Below, in pieces: positions 1 through 14,075 of a stretch of 64,000 nt of DNA. The notes below the pieces were generated by a model, which was not told where the DNA came from, ran no database searches, and saw only the letters and a list, made by a program, of their open reading frames with translations. Location of the stretch: contig OX597825.1 in assembly GCA_951406725.2 (NCBI GenBank), positions 18,662,001-18,726,000 of the forward strand. Direction: 5' to 3'. The first letter of the stretch is position 1; every line of letters begins with the position of its first letter. A program made the translations under genes and the position numbers. Origin of the DNA: Octopus vulgaris. Its lineage: Eukaryota.

Positions 1-4
1 TACA

Positions 5-47
<43 letters not shown>

Positions 48-130
48 TGTGTGTATATGTATATATATATATATATATACATACAGATGTATATATATAT
101 ATATGTGTGTGCGTATATCTATCTATCGAT

Positions 131-171
<41 letters not shown>

Positions 172-175
172 AAAA

Positions 176-221
<46 letters not shown>

Positions 222-960
222 TACATAAAACGTATATATAAATGCATATATATATAATGTATATACGTATGTTTCATTTGTGTGCAAGTGTCTGTGTCTG
301 TGTGTCTGTGTGTGCCTGTCTGTCTGTGTTTTGTGTATGCCTCTATATAGGTGTATATATATATATACACGTACTAAGCGTAGTAACAGTTGATTAGTAG
401 TTCCATGAAAATAAATTTCATACAAATCAGAATTGAATCGTCATCGCAATAAAGATTAGAGGAACGTGCGTGACCAATTAGCTAAGAATTGCAAGACCAA
501 AAGAATGGGAAGCAAAAGAGATTCTGCCATTTACATTGTACTTTGCTCTTTACGTGTGTTGAGTGTTTAACGAATCCTAGTGCTTCCAGTTTTATTATTT
601 ATTTATTTTTTACCTGCTTTATTCATCAGACTGCGGCCATGGTGGGACACTGTCTGGAAGAGAAATTAAGTCGAACGAATTGACCCCACCCCAGTACATT
701 TTTACAAAGCTTTGAACTTATTCTACCAATTTCTTCTGCCGAAGTGGTACGTTACAGGGTCTTAAGCACAACAAAACTGGTTGCCAGTTTGTGGTGAGGT
801 TTCATCCTCAGACCCAACGGGTCACCCCACCACACACACACACAAATATACACCCACACTCTATATATATACACGATAAGCTTCTTTCAATTTCCGTCTA
901 CCAAATAAAGCCACAAGGCTTTGGTCGGTCTGAAGCTACAGTAGAATAGAATTGCTCAAA

Positions 961-1160
961 AGGCGGCGAACTGGCAGAAACGTTAGTAGGCCGGGCGAAA
1001 TGCTTGGCGGCATTTCGTCTGCCGCTACGTTCTGAGTTCAAATTCCGCCGATGTCGACTTTGCCTTTCATCCTTTCGGGGTCGATAAATTAAGTACCAGT
1101 TACGCACTGGCGTCGATGTAATCGACTTGATCCCTTTGTCTGTCCTTGTTTGTCCTCTCT
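961..1160 (+). mobile_element. SINE family A copy
   Basis: GGCGGCGA.CTGGCAGAAACGTTAG...GAGTTCAAATTCC...GTCGACTTTGCCTTTCATCCTTTCGGGGTCGATAAATTAAGTACCAG. More than 10 homologues in the window. Confidence 0.9.
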
Positions 1161-1205
1161 GTGGGTATTTCGTCTGCCGTTACGTTCTGAGTGGCCTTTC
1201 ATCCA

Positions 1206-1936
1206 TTGCCTTTAACCACGACCTTCAAATGACTTCGGAAACTCGTGCAACTCTTCTGGACGGTCTCCCTATTAAAGATGGTGAATACTGCCATAATCCT
1301 TGCTTTCATTTCATTTTTGGTGTTACAAGGAATTTTACAAGTCTCTTGCTCAACTACTCACCACACACAATAACCAAGTGTGTTGCAGTCTAGAGAGTTA
1401 TTTGGCCAGATTTTAGGGGTAATGTGGTCGCAGAAATTGTCAGACAGCCATGATTGTGTTCTCCTGATTGTATAGCATGGTGCAGAGTCCTGTTTCCAGA
1501 TATAGGGTCTAATAGCAGCCAACCTCTTCACCCAGGGCAACACAACCTACTCCAGGCACTTCATATAGGGTTCCGTGTTGAGTCTGAGGCCATGTGGGAA
1601 GATGACCGGAGACATAACATCGCCTTCCCTAGTGATCACTCCAAACACCATGACGCTGACTGGATGTTCGATTTTTATCATTCTCGGTACATGTCCTCCG
1701 ATTCACACCCAAACACTCTGAAATGTTCGTATTGGAGCTTCCGGTGGGAATGCCAAGCAATGCAGCATGTCGTTTCCAAATTTCCTGCAGAGTGCATTGT
1801 GTCATGGTGCTGCTTTTCTCACAGACAGTGCCTAAATGACTACTATTATGTTTAGTCAACAAAATCAAAAACAAACAATGCGCATGCGATTTTAGAAATA
1901 GAAAATGGCGACTATTTACCTATCGCACATTCTATG

Positions 1937-1937
<1 letters not shown>
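1206..1937 (-). mobile_element. Degenerate Tc1/mariner-superfamily (maT/DD37D-like) transposase relic
   Basis: Minus-strand WKQDSAPCYTIRRTQSWLSDNFCDHITPKIWPNNSLDCNTLGYCVW matches QQDxAPxH...WPPNSPDxNPLDYxxW. HTH-like N-terminus (NTNISECLGVNRRT). Frameshifts present. Confidence 0.85.
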
Positions 1938-1984
<47 letters not shown>

Positions 1985-2539
1985 GCTGCCCCCTCGTTAT
2001 AGAGTATGGCCATTGCACGAAGCTTAATCAATGTTGTTATCGTGCAATTCCTCTGCAAGAAGATTTTTTTATAGTGAGGAAAGGCTGTGCACAGAGTCAA
2101 TCCCACTCACTAAGCAACAACACCCATAATCCGAAAAGAAGAACAAGTCAACATCATCGGTAACCACTGAACTGTAGATTTTATGTCGGAGTTATCCCAG
2201 TTACCTGAGTTACCTTCTCCTAGAAGGATGCCCTATCAAAGGCTGGAAGTCCTTCACTCCCAATGGTTTAACTGCGCGATCGGGTATTCAGTCCGATTAT
2301 TTCTATGTCCCCGCACATGATACAGCTTTAAGACATTTATTGGATGGCCGTTGACTCTCAAGACTTCCTCTGCCCTTTGACGGGATTTGTTTTTCATCCC
2401 GCAGGGTGTCCGAAAAACACCCTCCTGACTAAGCAGGCCTGGTGTGGTTGCCGGTTTAGTCGCCGACGACCCGACCATGCAAAAGGTTGTTCTGGGTTAC
2501 ATGTTAACATGTTACCAGTAGCACTCAAATGTGACCTGA

Positions 2540-2574
<35 letters not shown>

Positions 2575-2575
<1 letters not shown>

Positions 2576-2696
2576 GAGGGGTGTATGGTAAGTTCTGAGC
2601 CTTGAAGTATTGTATCTTCATCAGAAGTATCGTACCATGTTTTGTTTAGTTGTTTTTGTTTTTTTTTGAGCGCCAAGACTTTTCATATACCCCTTA
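2575..2696. mobile_element. Very short mariner-type MITE
   Basis: CGAGGGGTGTATGGTAAGTTCTG and CAAGACTTTTCATATACCCCTTA are imperfect inverted termini in a TA context. Confidence 0.6.
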
Positions 2697-3493
2697 TATA
2701 TTCCGTCTACCAAATGTACTCATAAACATTTGGTTGGTTCGCAGCCATAGTAGAAAGACACTTGGCCAAAGTGCCACGCAATGTGACTGAACCCAGAACC
2801 ATATGGTTGGAAAGCAAATTTCTTACCACGTAACCACGCCAGCCCCTATCTATGTACAGAAACTACAATTTGTAACAGTTAATTCACTGAATCAACGTTT
2901 CTCCTTGTTTGTATGACTAATTTCCTTGGTTTATATTTAACTGAATGCCTGATTTTGTTATTGTTACATATTCAGTCGCTATTTTTTTTCTCTATCATTC
3001 AACACTACCCAATTTCCCTCCGTCTCAAAGGTATTACAATAGATTACAAAATGATAAAATCTTTACTTTCTTCTTATTCGAGGAAGACCTCAACACAATG
3101 TTACTATTGTATAGCACAAGGATTAGAGGTTTGATTACAAATAATAGAAAGAAATATAAAAAAAAAAAGTGGAGAAAAAAAACAATACATTTCTATTTTG
3201 ATAAAGAATTAATTCTCTTAATTTCTTTTATGTATCATTTATAGTTGATATTTTTTTTCTTTTTTTTTTCTTTCTTTGCTTTTATTTTTTTTTTTTTTTA
3301 ACATTTTTGTCTTCCTCTTTCGAAATCTCAGCTGTGAAATTATATCAAGCAGTAATATTTTCTAGACGTTTTTATTTTTATTTTTGTGTGTGTGGTTTTT
3401 AGTTGTTAAATGAAGAGATAAGACCAGAAGAATACGAAACGAGACAGTTCCTTTAACACGAGGTTCGGAATGTAACATCTCGCGAGTTGCCAA

Positions 3494-3959
3494 TATACAT
3501 ACATACATACATACATACATACATACATGCATACATACATACATGCATACATACATACATGCATGCATACATACATACATAATACATACGTACATACATA
3601 GATACATACATACGTACATACATACATGCATGCATACATACATACATACATAATACATGCATACATGCATACATACATACATACATACATACATACGTAC
3701 ATACATACATACATAAATACATACATATACATATATACATATACATATACATACACACACACATATATATAATAGATACACACAAACATATATATATATA
3801 TGTATATATAATACACAGACACATATATACATATATATATAATACAGGTACACACACATACATACACATATATATAAATAATACACACACACACACCTAA
3901 ATATATATACATATATATGATGCAGATACACACACACATATATATATACATATATATAC

Positions 3960-3990
<31 letters not shown>

Positions 3991-4230
3991 AACATATATA
4001 TATATATAAACATATAAAGTATATATGAGTGTGTGTGTGTGTCTGATGGATGTGTGTCTATGGTGGATGTGTGTCTGCGTGTATGTAGATATATACATAT
4101 GTATACATACATATACAGGTAGAAGTGTTACACCAAGAAAAGATGAAATGCGTGTTGGTATGTGTGTGTGTGTGTCTGTGTATGTGTATGTACGTGTACA
4201 TTGTACATGTGTGTGTGTGTGTGTGTGTGT
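3494..4230. repeat. Compound (TACA)n/(TA)n/(TG)n microsatellite field (one of many; also 1-370, 11180-11560, 21810-22055, 30270-30610, 55460-55940, 63130-63440)
   Basis: Direct reading. These fields produce the [15 protein letters not shown] artefacts. Confidence 0.95.
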
Positions 4231-4715
4231 TGTCTTTTACGTCTTCTTTGTTCTTAAATATGAATTGCCGCATTGATCAAAGGCCGACATTCTCACCTAT
4301 CATTCCCTGTCTTCCTTTCTGTGTATCATTAGTTTTTATCGTTATTTCATCGTTATATTATTTATATGTCTGTTGTTGTTTACTACTTTTCAATACGAAA
4401 GTGTTACACTTCAGATACCATATTTGGAATAGATTGAATCATGTTCTTGGAATTTTCTTTTTTTTTTTTTTTGCTGAATGGTATTATATACAGTTCAAGT
4501 AGATAAAATAATAATTTCAAAAACAAATTGATCCCCCACCTTCGAATCATTCTTCCTCCATCTTTCTCTCATCATTTTGCTCTTGTTATATCCATCTCTT
4601 TCAGTCACACATACCTCGTGTCTCTTTCTTTCGCTCTCACTCTCTCCCTATGTCTCTCTTTCACCTCCATGCCACTCCCTCTCTTCATATGTCTGTCATA
4701 TATGTATATACATAC

Positions 4716-4767
<52 letters not shown>

Positions 4768-5168
4768 ATAAATATATACACACACACACATATATATATA
4801 TATGCATACATATACATATATATATTTATATTATGGCTGCCCCCTCGTTATCGAGTATTGCCATAGCACGAAGCTTAACTGTTACTGGTGCTGTGATCGA
4901 ATGTGACTTTTTAGCCCAGCTAAAGATCTACAATGTCTTGTACAAAATTGGCAACAAAGACCTTTACTGGTAATAGCCGGCTGTAGTTGTAACTAGGCTT
5001 CAAGTACTTTTGCATGTCGTTTAAGTCCTCCTGCCGAATTACACTCTCTTCCACATGCCTGACAGATATGATTAGTATGGTGTGTCACACCACCACCAGT
5101 GGCCAGGTCGTCACTCATCTGTCTCGTTTTATGACTACGAAAATGACTCATGAATCCAGCTTATATAC

Positions 5169-5208
<40 letters not shown>

Positions 5209-5220
5209 CTGCATATATAC

Positions 5221-5303
<83 letters not shown>

Positions 5304-5348
5304 CAAATCAGACACGACCCATATTCAAAAGACAGACGTTTAAAAAGC

Positions 5349-5775
5349 CAGGCGTGACTATGTGGTTAAGAATCTCGCTATGTATCTATATTTTTTCTGG
5401 TTCAGTCCCACCGTGCGGCACCTTGAGCTGGTGCGTTCTATAGAAACAGGTGGCATAGTGTATTCTCAGTAAATTTGGAAAATATAGTCTATGTCGAAAC
5501 AAATCTTGTGTGAGTGTATGTGTGTGTGAGTGAGTGTGTGTGTGTGTGTGCGTGCGTGTGCGTGTGCGTGTGTCTTGCGCTCGTGTTTCTTCCCGTCCCC
5601 TGCTTGACAACCAGCTTTGATTTGCTTCCAACTCCAAAACGTATCGGCTTGGCAAAGAAATTAAAAGAATATATATGTACCTTCACACTATGTACGGGGG
5701 CAAATAGTTTGACTAAACACTTCACGTCAGTGTCCCAACATGGCCGCAGGTCACTGTCTGAAACAAGTAAAAGAT
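5349..5775 (+). mobile_element. SINE family C copy (others at ~605-958(-), 2700-2845(-), 10175-10400, 13122-13300, 20750-20910, 38745-38940, 38955-39043(-), 46815-47145(-))
   Basis: AGGCGTGACTATGTGGTTAAG...GGTTCAGTCCCACCGTGCGGCACC...CATGGCCGCAG...CTGAAACAAGTAAAAGA. Confidence 0.82.
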
Positions 5776-5941
5776 ACCAGTTAATATTGACTGATTGGTC
5801 ACGGGCAGAACACTCTTAATCATTGACCTACCAGCATTCCTTCAGTTTGCTTATGTTTCAATTAAGCTGGTATTTCTCGTCCAGTTGAAAACACAGACAT
5901 AATATGATATGATATAATATATATATATATATATATTATAT

Positions 5942-5996
<55 letters not shown>

Positions 5997-6006
5997 TATT
6001 TAATAA

Positions 6007-6062
<56 letters not shown>

Positions 6063-6980
6063 TATACATACACAAACACACAAGCATACTTATATTTGGC
6101 TCGTCTATCTTTGGATAGTGAAAAAATGAAGGTGATAGGTCAAAAGTGCAGTGCAATATTTCATTTCGATTTTGCACGAAACAAGGTATAATGAATTTCC
6201 TGAATGTGAAAAACGAATCATTTATTTATTTATTTACTTACATATTTAGTAGCTGAACATCTTCATGTACAATATTTAAAGAAACCCATTATTTTCAAAA
6301 GATAGGAGAATGATAAATGCAAACCATTGTGAACAATAGCTGCTAAAGTACTTATCATTTATCCGTTGTGTATATTAATACGTCCTTACAGTAGCAACGT
6401 ATCAGAGATTCATAGATTCATAAGAGCTATGGTAAAAGACTTCATTCTTATTCGCTTATGTGTGTATTTATGTCTACCATTTTGATTTTAATTGCCTAAG
6501 CGTATACACAAATACACACGAAGAATATGTGTGAGTATATCCATAGCATACCTGTACGCGCGAATATGTGTGTATTGTGTGTGTGTGTGTGTGCGTATGT
6601 CTGTATGAATATTTTCAATATACGTGTGAATGAGGTGTGTATGTATATAAGCGTAGCTGTGAAAAATGGATTCTAAAATGGCCGGACGTTCGGACATTCG
6701 GACATTAGACGAACGAATAGCGAATTTGTAGATGTAGATGTTAAGTTTTATCGTTTATCGGCGAAAATTGTCTAGCGATGCGCTGTAAGCAGCCACATTA
6801 CACGTACAGAGATGTAGGCCACTATGCAAATACATATTCGCTCGAATACAATGGGGTAGTAACGTACAAGCAGTAGAAATATAAAAAGATTAATATGTGC
6901 ACAGAGAAATACAGTTTATGCGAAACGAAACACATTGAAATGGACATTATATATGTAAATATTTTGTATGATAGTATACA

Positions 6981-7036
<56 letters not shown>

Positions 7037-7399
7037 CGTGAGAGAGTTTCCGTGTTAATGCTCACCTAACGCATGTATATGCTTGTGTATGTTTACTTAT
7101 ATGGTGCTCAATCCATACCTCATAGTCCGATAAAGTATGTTTGGCAGCTCTCTCTCTCTTCCATCTCCCCTCTCAGCTCTCTCTCTCTCTCTCTCTCTCG
7201 CTCTCTCACACACACATATTTTCGACTATACATGTGCTAAATATGCTAATCGCTGTTGTGTTTGTCAAATAAGAACAGCTTCTTTACGGCGAATATGAGT
7301 TCAGTTCATAAGACATTTCATTCATCAACAAGTGATTCTGGGACAGCCGTTTTTTCGACATGGTGTATTCTATCTACCAAAAGCACTCGTAGGGTGTTA

Positions 7400-7634
7400 A
7401 GGCGGCGAGCTGGCAGAAACGTTAGCACGCCGGGTGAAATGCGTAATCGTATTTCGTCTGTCGCTACGTTGTGAGTTCAAATTCCGCCGAGGTCGACTTT
7501 GCCTTTCATCCTTTCGGGGTCGATAAATAAAGTAGCAGTTACGCACTGGGATCGATGTAATCGACTTAATACCTATGTCTGTCATTGTTTGTCCCCTCTA
7601 ATGTTTAGTCCCTTGTGGGTAATAAAGAAATAGG
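7400..7634 (+). mobile_element. SINE family A, full-length copy
   Basis: Same head with B-box GAGTTCAAATTCC, core, and tail ending AATAAAGAAATA. Confidence 0.9.
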
Positions 7635-9939
7635 TATCGAATCGAACAAGAACTGATTGATTTGTTTAAAACTTCAGCAAATAAAATCGGTTGCTGATCC
7701 ATACTAACTGATAATAAATCGTCATATACATAGTGAACAACGAGGATCAAAACGTTGACCTGTACCAATGAATTACGTATGTTAAGAATATGCATGTCTC
7801 ATGTCACATCCATATCTAACTGTTACGCAAGGGGTGAAACTAATTTGCTTAGTGAGATTGCGACAATTACATACGCTTGGAAAGTGATCGAACGATGCCA
7901 TTTTAGAATCCAGTGCTTTGTTTGTTGCATGTGTTATGTAAATCTTCATTAATTTTATTGGTGGTGTCAAAGGTTGCATGCAGAAACATGAATTCAGTAG
8001 TTCACCTGACCAGTATACTACCCCCGGTGAGGATTCAACATTTATGATCGACTGTGTGTTCAAAGTCGATTCAATACATTTCTAATTAAAAACAATACAA
8101 TAATGAATTGAATAACCACGGTATATGAGCAGGATTAATTCATTTTTTTCATCGAATGATAATTAAGAGACTTGTCATTGAGATTTTCTATTTCGATGCG
8201 TTGAATTCATTATACAATATTTCAGCTTAATCGGAACATTTCTCATAAATATGATCGGTTGAACGAATCAGATTAATACTAATATATTTACACAGCTTAA
8301 TGATAACTATCCCTGTGAAATCACATCGGGATTCTGCAATAGGTAAGAAACATAATTGTGTACAGATCCTAATTTGGCCTTATGTTATGAAACAAATTTA
8401 TTGCACAAAGCACACGTTTAGAATTGATTGATGCAGTCACAGTTTCGATCTCAGACACACAATTTAAAATATATTAGGGCTCTGTCCTAGAATATTTAAT
8501 TTGGGAATGTTGCTTGATTTAGTAATAATGCTTATAGATTTTAGTTAAACAGCAAAATGATCTTGTTGCATTGATGCTATGTACTTTAACGAATAGTTGT
8601 TTTTTTAATCGTCTGGTCAGAGAAGGATCCGAGCGATGCCAATAGATAGAACTGTGTTAAAACCACGTAAGAACCAAATACTGTAAGGCTAAGTATGCTA
8701 CAGAAGCAGGCCACTGTGGGATTTAAAACTCATAACTCAAAGAGCCATAACAAGCCTATGCAATGATATAACGATACCACCGCTCCAAAGTTATGAAGTG
8801 GTACTTATTCATCAGTGAGATTTGTCAAAAAACACACCAGCCCAGAATAAATAGTGCATGAAGATGGAAAAAGTTAAGGTCTAAAGTTAAACAACTGAAA
8901 CCTGCTGTAGACTAAGTTTTGACCCTTACGGGTGTCAAAGTCCATTCAACAGAGAACTGATTCATAGACTTCTATCTTCCTCAGAGATGTTTGTGATCAT
9001 TAGATTTTCCTTGATAAAGCCTAATCCATCTGGAATTTCATATATTTTCAAATATTTCTACCTGTTTACTGAGTGGAATATTCTTAAGTGCTGCATTCTT
9101 GGCAGCATAAATTATGTGACTGAACATCAACATAATTTATTATGTGACTGAACATCAACATAATTTATTGAGATCAAGTCGTTGATTCCTAGGTTTATTT
9201 TTCCTTCAAAATCAACAACAACAAATAAAATTCTGTTTAAAATAACAAAAAGTGGAACAACTGAATTTCGGTTGACTCCAAACATTTAAATATGTTGGTG
9301 AGATTACGAAAGAAACATTAATGATTTGACGTTACGTTCGAATGCACACTGTGCAGACCAGTTGCAACCAGGCCATTTAGAACTCGCATATGGGAGATAA
9401 TCTTTCTGCATTGGTACTTCAACTATGCTGTCAAAACTGTAAAATTTCGATAAACTCGCTAAGTTTCGGCTCAGGTAGGAAAGTTCCACACAAGAATTAA
9501 TGGTCTGATTAAGTATCTCATTAAAATAAATCTTTAATTCACAGCCATTTATTTCAAATTTAACTACTGAAATTTGAACAAGCTGAAAAATTTAACGATC
9601 TATTTGAAGATAAGCAACTATGGCGCTGAGGACAGGATAACATTTTATTTCACTAACAAAGGAAAACGAAGTCGATATAAAAGAAGTCTGTGGTCAAATA
9701 GATTTCTATCTCAACGATAAAATGATTAAGGATTGTGGCTGAGAAGCATGGATTAAGTACTGAACGAGCTTGAATAATGCATTCCATGATTTCCGTTCAT
9801 TAATATTCGGTATGAAAATGTGATGTTGAATGTGGAAAAAAAGCGAAATTTTTATTGAATATGTAAAACAGGACTTCTATGTTACAACATCTACGAGGTA
9901 ATTGTGTACTACACGGTATTTTCAGTTCTGCGGTGGATT

Positions 9940-10135
9940 AAGGCGCAGAACTGACCGAATCACTCGCATGCCGGACAACATGTTTAACGACATTTCGTCC
10001 ATCTTTATGTTTTAAATACTAATTCCGACGAGGTCGACTCTGCATGTCATTCTTTCGGAGTCGATGAAATAAGAACCATTAATGGATTGGGATTCATGTA
10101 ATCAATTGTTCCCCGCCCAACCCCAAATTTCAGGC
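9940..10135 (+). mobile_element. Older degenerate SINE A-related copy (others at ~17830-17960, 29680-29820, 41650-41795(-), 43975-44525 split, 49283-49495, 58025-58180(-))
   Basis: Retains the AATTCCG..GAGGTCGAC...TCAT.CTTTCGG.GTCGAT core. Confidence 0.7.
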
Positions 10136-11189
10136 ATTGCGAGCAGATTTATTTAACAAAACCTGAAGGAAGCAATTCATATATGTGCATGCGTGTATGC
10201 ATGTTTTTGTGTTTCTTCTACACCACCACTTGGCAGTCGGTGTTGGTTTATTTACGTCCCCATAAGTAGTAATTCGGGAAAAGTGACCGATGCAATAAGA
10301 CCCAGGTTAAAATTAAGAACCGAGGGCGGTTTGTTTGACTAAACCCTTCAAAACGGTGCTCCGAAATAGCCACAGTCCAGTGACTGAAATATATAAAAGA
10401 TAAAAGATAAATAACAAAATAATTTTCTACATTAAACAAAAAGTTAAATCACTGGAAATATTAGTGGTCCTTGCACTTTTTCTACACTTCTCAAACGAAT
10501 TATATATTGCCATTATTAACAAATTGCTATCTACTCTTAAAAAATTTCATAAAGAAGTGGATATGTTGCATAAAATAATAATTAACTGATCCTCTGGTAA
10601 TTTCTTTTACCCAAAACCAGGAAAGTTTCAACATTCCATCGTAATAAACCCAGGGAAACCATGGTTACAAAGAGATTACACAATCTTAGTGATATCAGTC
10701 ATGAATATTATCTTGTATGAAAAATAATTAGTTCTAACTCGTGTTAAATGTAACTTTCTTATTTATAAGCGACCGAGTACGATGCCAAGAATAACTTTCG
10801 AACACAGGCTGAGGTCAAGCCTGAAACAGGTATGATATAATATGCTGCTAAAAGACAAAACATTAGCAACAACACATTCAGCAGTTTTATTTACTGACAC
10901 TTTTTTTATAGTAATATAACATTATATTTTATTTCACGACATCTTTTAGAGAGTTGTGAAGTACTCTAATGAACAGCCGGAGACATCATGCGAAACGTCA
11001 ACCATTCGGTTCTTAGTGAAGGACTTGCCAAATTCTAATCACGATGATGAATGCATAAAGCTATCCATTGAATGGACACGCACATCGTATACAAGTACAT
11101 TGCTATTTATGCAGAGTTCATATTGAGTTACATTGTCTCGATGGCATCTGCTTATATGCACTCGCACGCAGCGATATAAACGTATATAA

Positions 11190-11250
<61 letters not shown>

Positions 11251-11351
11251 ATATGTATATATATATATATAAAATATATATAGGATATGTATATATATAT
11301 ATAAAATATATATAGGATACGTATATATATATATATATATATACATATAGG

Positions 11352-11397
<46 letters not shown>

Positions 11398-12569
11398 TAT
11401 AGGATATGTATATATATAGATATATATATATATATATCTATATAGAATATGTGTGTATATGTGTATATATTATATATATATACATTCAAACATATAGAAA
11501 CACATGTAGGCACACACACATATATATACACATATATATACACATACACACACACGTATATAGATAGATGGTAGTGTCCATGTATGTGTGTGTACTGCTA
11601 GAAAGAATGGAGAATACAGAGAAAGCGGGTGGGAGAAAGGGAGAGAATTGCAAATGCCAACCGAACAAAAATAATCTCATCGTTGGCTAGTTTGGCCGGA
11701 TTGTCAGTTGGATGAGACACTTTATCATAAAATCATTTCATCAAAATGATGATTGGATGATGAATGTGTCGTGCGATAGGAGGAACAATAAGATGTAGCT
11801 GATCACGAAAATCTGTTGATCTCTGATGGCATTGCTATGATATTCAATCTGACAACACGGAAGTGAAGCTGTATGTTAGTGATAAATCACTTTTACGCGT
11901 CTAACATTTTATAGAGATTTACTCAGTTATCAGATTTTCAAAACTAACTTCAGCCGTATTTAAGTATCAGTTAATTAAAGTGAAGAGATTTCTACAGTGC
12001 AAAGACGTAGTTTCAAGATATCCGATCAACACTACACTCATTGAATGGATATTTCAATTTATGCCCATACATCAACGTTGTTAATAAACATAGTGACGAG
12101 AAGAACCTCTAGACTTTTAACTCTCTGCAATCACAATGAGACTCTGTGAATACTCTAGCAAAGGAAATAAATTTCAATAAACAATAAAGCATTTTCCTTT
12201 ATTTCACAAGGAATATTGGACCATAGTTTTTATCCATCAGTTTACCGTTTGATAGAAAAATCATCCTTCACAATGATGGTAAATATAATGCGAAGTTTCT
12301 CCAGAAACTACAGTCTCGGCTTCAGTTACCTGACAGTATCAACGCAGAGAACCTGAGCAGAGAATATACAAAAAAAAATATATGATTCTGTTGAAGATCC
12401 AGATCAAGACTCCTAAAGTATTTTCAAAGAATGCCGATCCTACCATGCATCTACTTGAGATAATATGTGTAAAAAGATAGAAGAGAAAAAGGAACATGCT
12501 TTAGTGCATGCTGCTAATACTTGAATATTTTCTAACTCAGTTTTGGAAATATGTTCCTTGCAGTGAGCT

Positions 12570-13040
12570 AGCTTCCAAACTTCAGTATCATGTCGTAAAG
12601 TATTTGAGAGGAATGCGTGATCAAAAATTACTTACTGGAGAGCAACAACATCCTGAACCCCAATCACCATAGACTCCTTAATATAGATTCCTCAAGGCTT
12701 TGCCAATATTCCAAAAGTTTACAGATTTCAAACGCCGCTTTCCACAGGTCCTTTGACGTAGACGATGACAATGTTTACTAGTTGACTGTCATTCGCAGCA
12801 GTTTATAGAAAACTAATGCAAGGAGTGAAGTATGTCTGTCTACAAAGAATCAAACCAGTCTTCATCGACGGAATGCCCTTAAACACAACGGAAGACTACA
12901 CTCTGTGTTCAAAAAGAACTTTAATGAACCGGACTCACGCCATAATTTTAAACAGAGATGAAGTCGCTAATGTCATGAAACAGGATATAGAAATATTTGC
13001 AGAAAATTCTAACCTTCCAAATCGTTCAAAGCACTCAGAG
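12570..13040 (+). pseudogene. Highly decayed CR1/L2/Jockey-type RT fragment (may extend upstream to ~11.7 kb)
   Basis: Collinear remnants TSVSCRKVFER, LLESNNILNPNHHRLLKYR, VFIDGMPLNTTE and NVMKQDIEIFAENSNL resemble the APE-LINE RT motifs LTSVxCKxxER, LxxNxxLxxxQHGF and FADD. Confidence 0.5.
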
Positions 13041-13405
13041 GCCGGGCAAATCTCCAGTCTCATCTTCATGTTGCAAGTGAATGGTGGAAAAAAAAAAAAA
13101 AACATCACTAGTTGTGAGGAGCAGGCGTGGCTGTGTGGTAAAAACACATGGCTCTGGATTCAGTCCCACTGCGTGGCATCTTGAGCAAATACTTTCTACT
13201 ATTGTCTCGGGCAACCAAATCCTTATGGATAGATTTGTTGGAGGGAAACTGAAAGAAGCCTTGCCTATATTCGTATGTGTGAGTATGTGCGAATGTGTGT
13301 GTGAGTGCTTGTGTGTCAGTCTGTCTGTCTCTTCCTCTCTCTCGCCCTTTCCCCCCTCTTTGTATTACACACACACACACACACACACATACATATATTT
13401 GTATA

Positions 13406-13641
13406 CAGGGTGCGGCAGAAGTAACGCCATTTTGTATTTGGGTTTTCAAGTTTTTAATTGAAATAATATTTAATATAATTCCGAAATCTCCTAAAGCTCC
13501 TGCTATTTTTTTGCAATAGTTTACTTTTTCGTTTCTCTAAGTAATGCAATAAAATTTTGTCCCATAAAAAATTACTTAATAAACATTGATATACTATAAA
13601 ATTATTAAATGCAGTACGGGCGTTATTTCTGTGGTACCCTG
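13406..13641. mobile_element. Tc1/mariner-type MITE (CAGGGT termini)
   Basis: TA-CAGGGTGCGGCAGAAGTAACGCC on the left and GGCGTTATTTCTGTGGTACCCTG on the right form imperfect TIRs. Confidence 0.7.
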
Positions 13642-13734
13642 TTTATATATGTATATATAATATCTTTATTTTCATATAAGCAAAATAGCTAGTTCTAAAA
13701 TCTATAAGAGATGAAAGTAGCAACTATACAGAAA

Positions 13735-14042
13735 AAATAATGTTTGTTACGACTTCAACACGGTTGTTCACTAGGGAAGGACGTTACTACTATGTTTTTA
13801 ATCCCAGGAAGATATATTCTCCAGCTGGTTCACAGCACCACCTGTATCTAACAAACCTATACCATACCGGTCTGCTGGTCCTGTCAAATAGCTAAACAGG
13901 TGGTTGGGGCCTGCTCTCCTGATGCAATATTTCGGACACAAATTCTGTAGTAAACCAGCTGGAGAATATGTTCTCCTGGGGTGGAAAAATAATAGTAGCA
14001 TTGTTCCGTACGGAAAGCCATGCTGAAGATTCAACAAATATT

Positions 14043-14047
<5 letters not shown>
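13735..14047. mobile_element. Foldback / MITE-like element with long imperfect inverted arms
   Basis: Core arms 13803-13830 and 13953-13980 match 25/28 as reverse complements. Weaker complementarity extends outward ~65 bp (TTTGTT..CTTCA.CA.GG / CC.TG.TGAAG..AACAAA). Confidence 0.65.

Positions 14048-14075
<28 letters not shown>

Noticed and set aside
9560-9800. Possible mariner HTH remnant (LRIVAEKHGLSTERA)
   Set aside because: Only a short resemblance, with no TIR or catalytic motif found.
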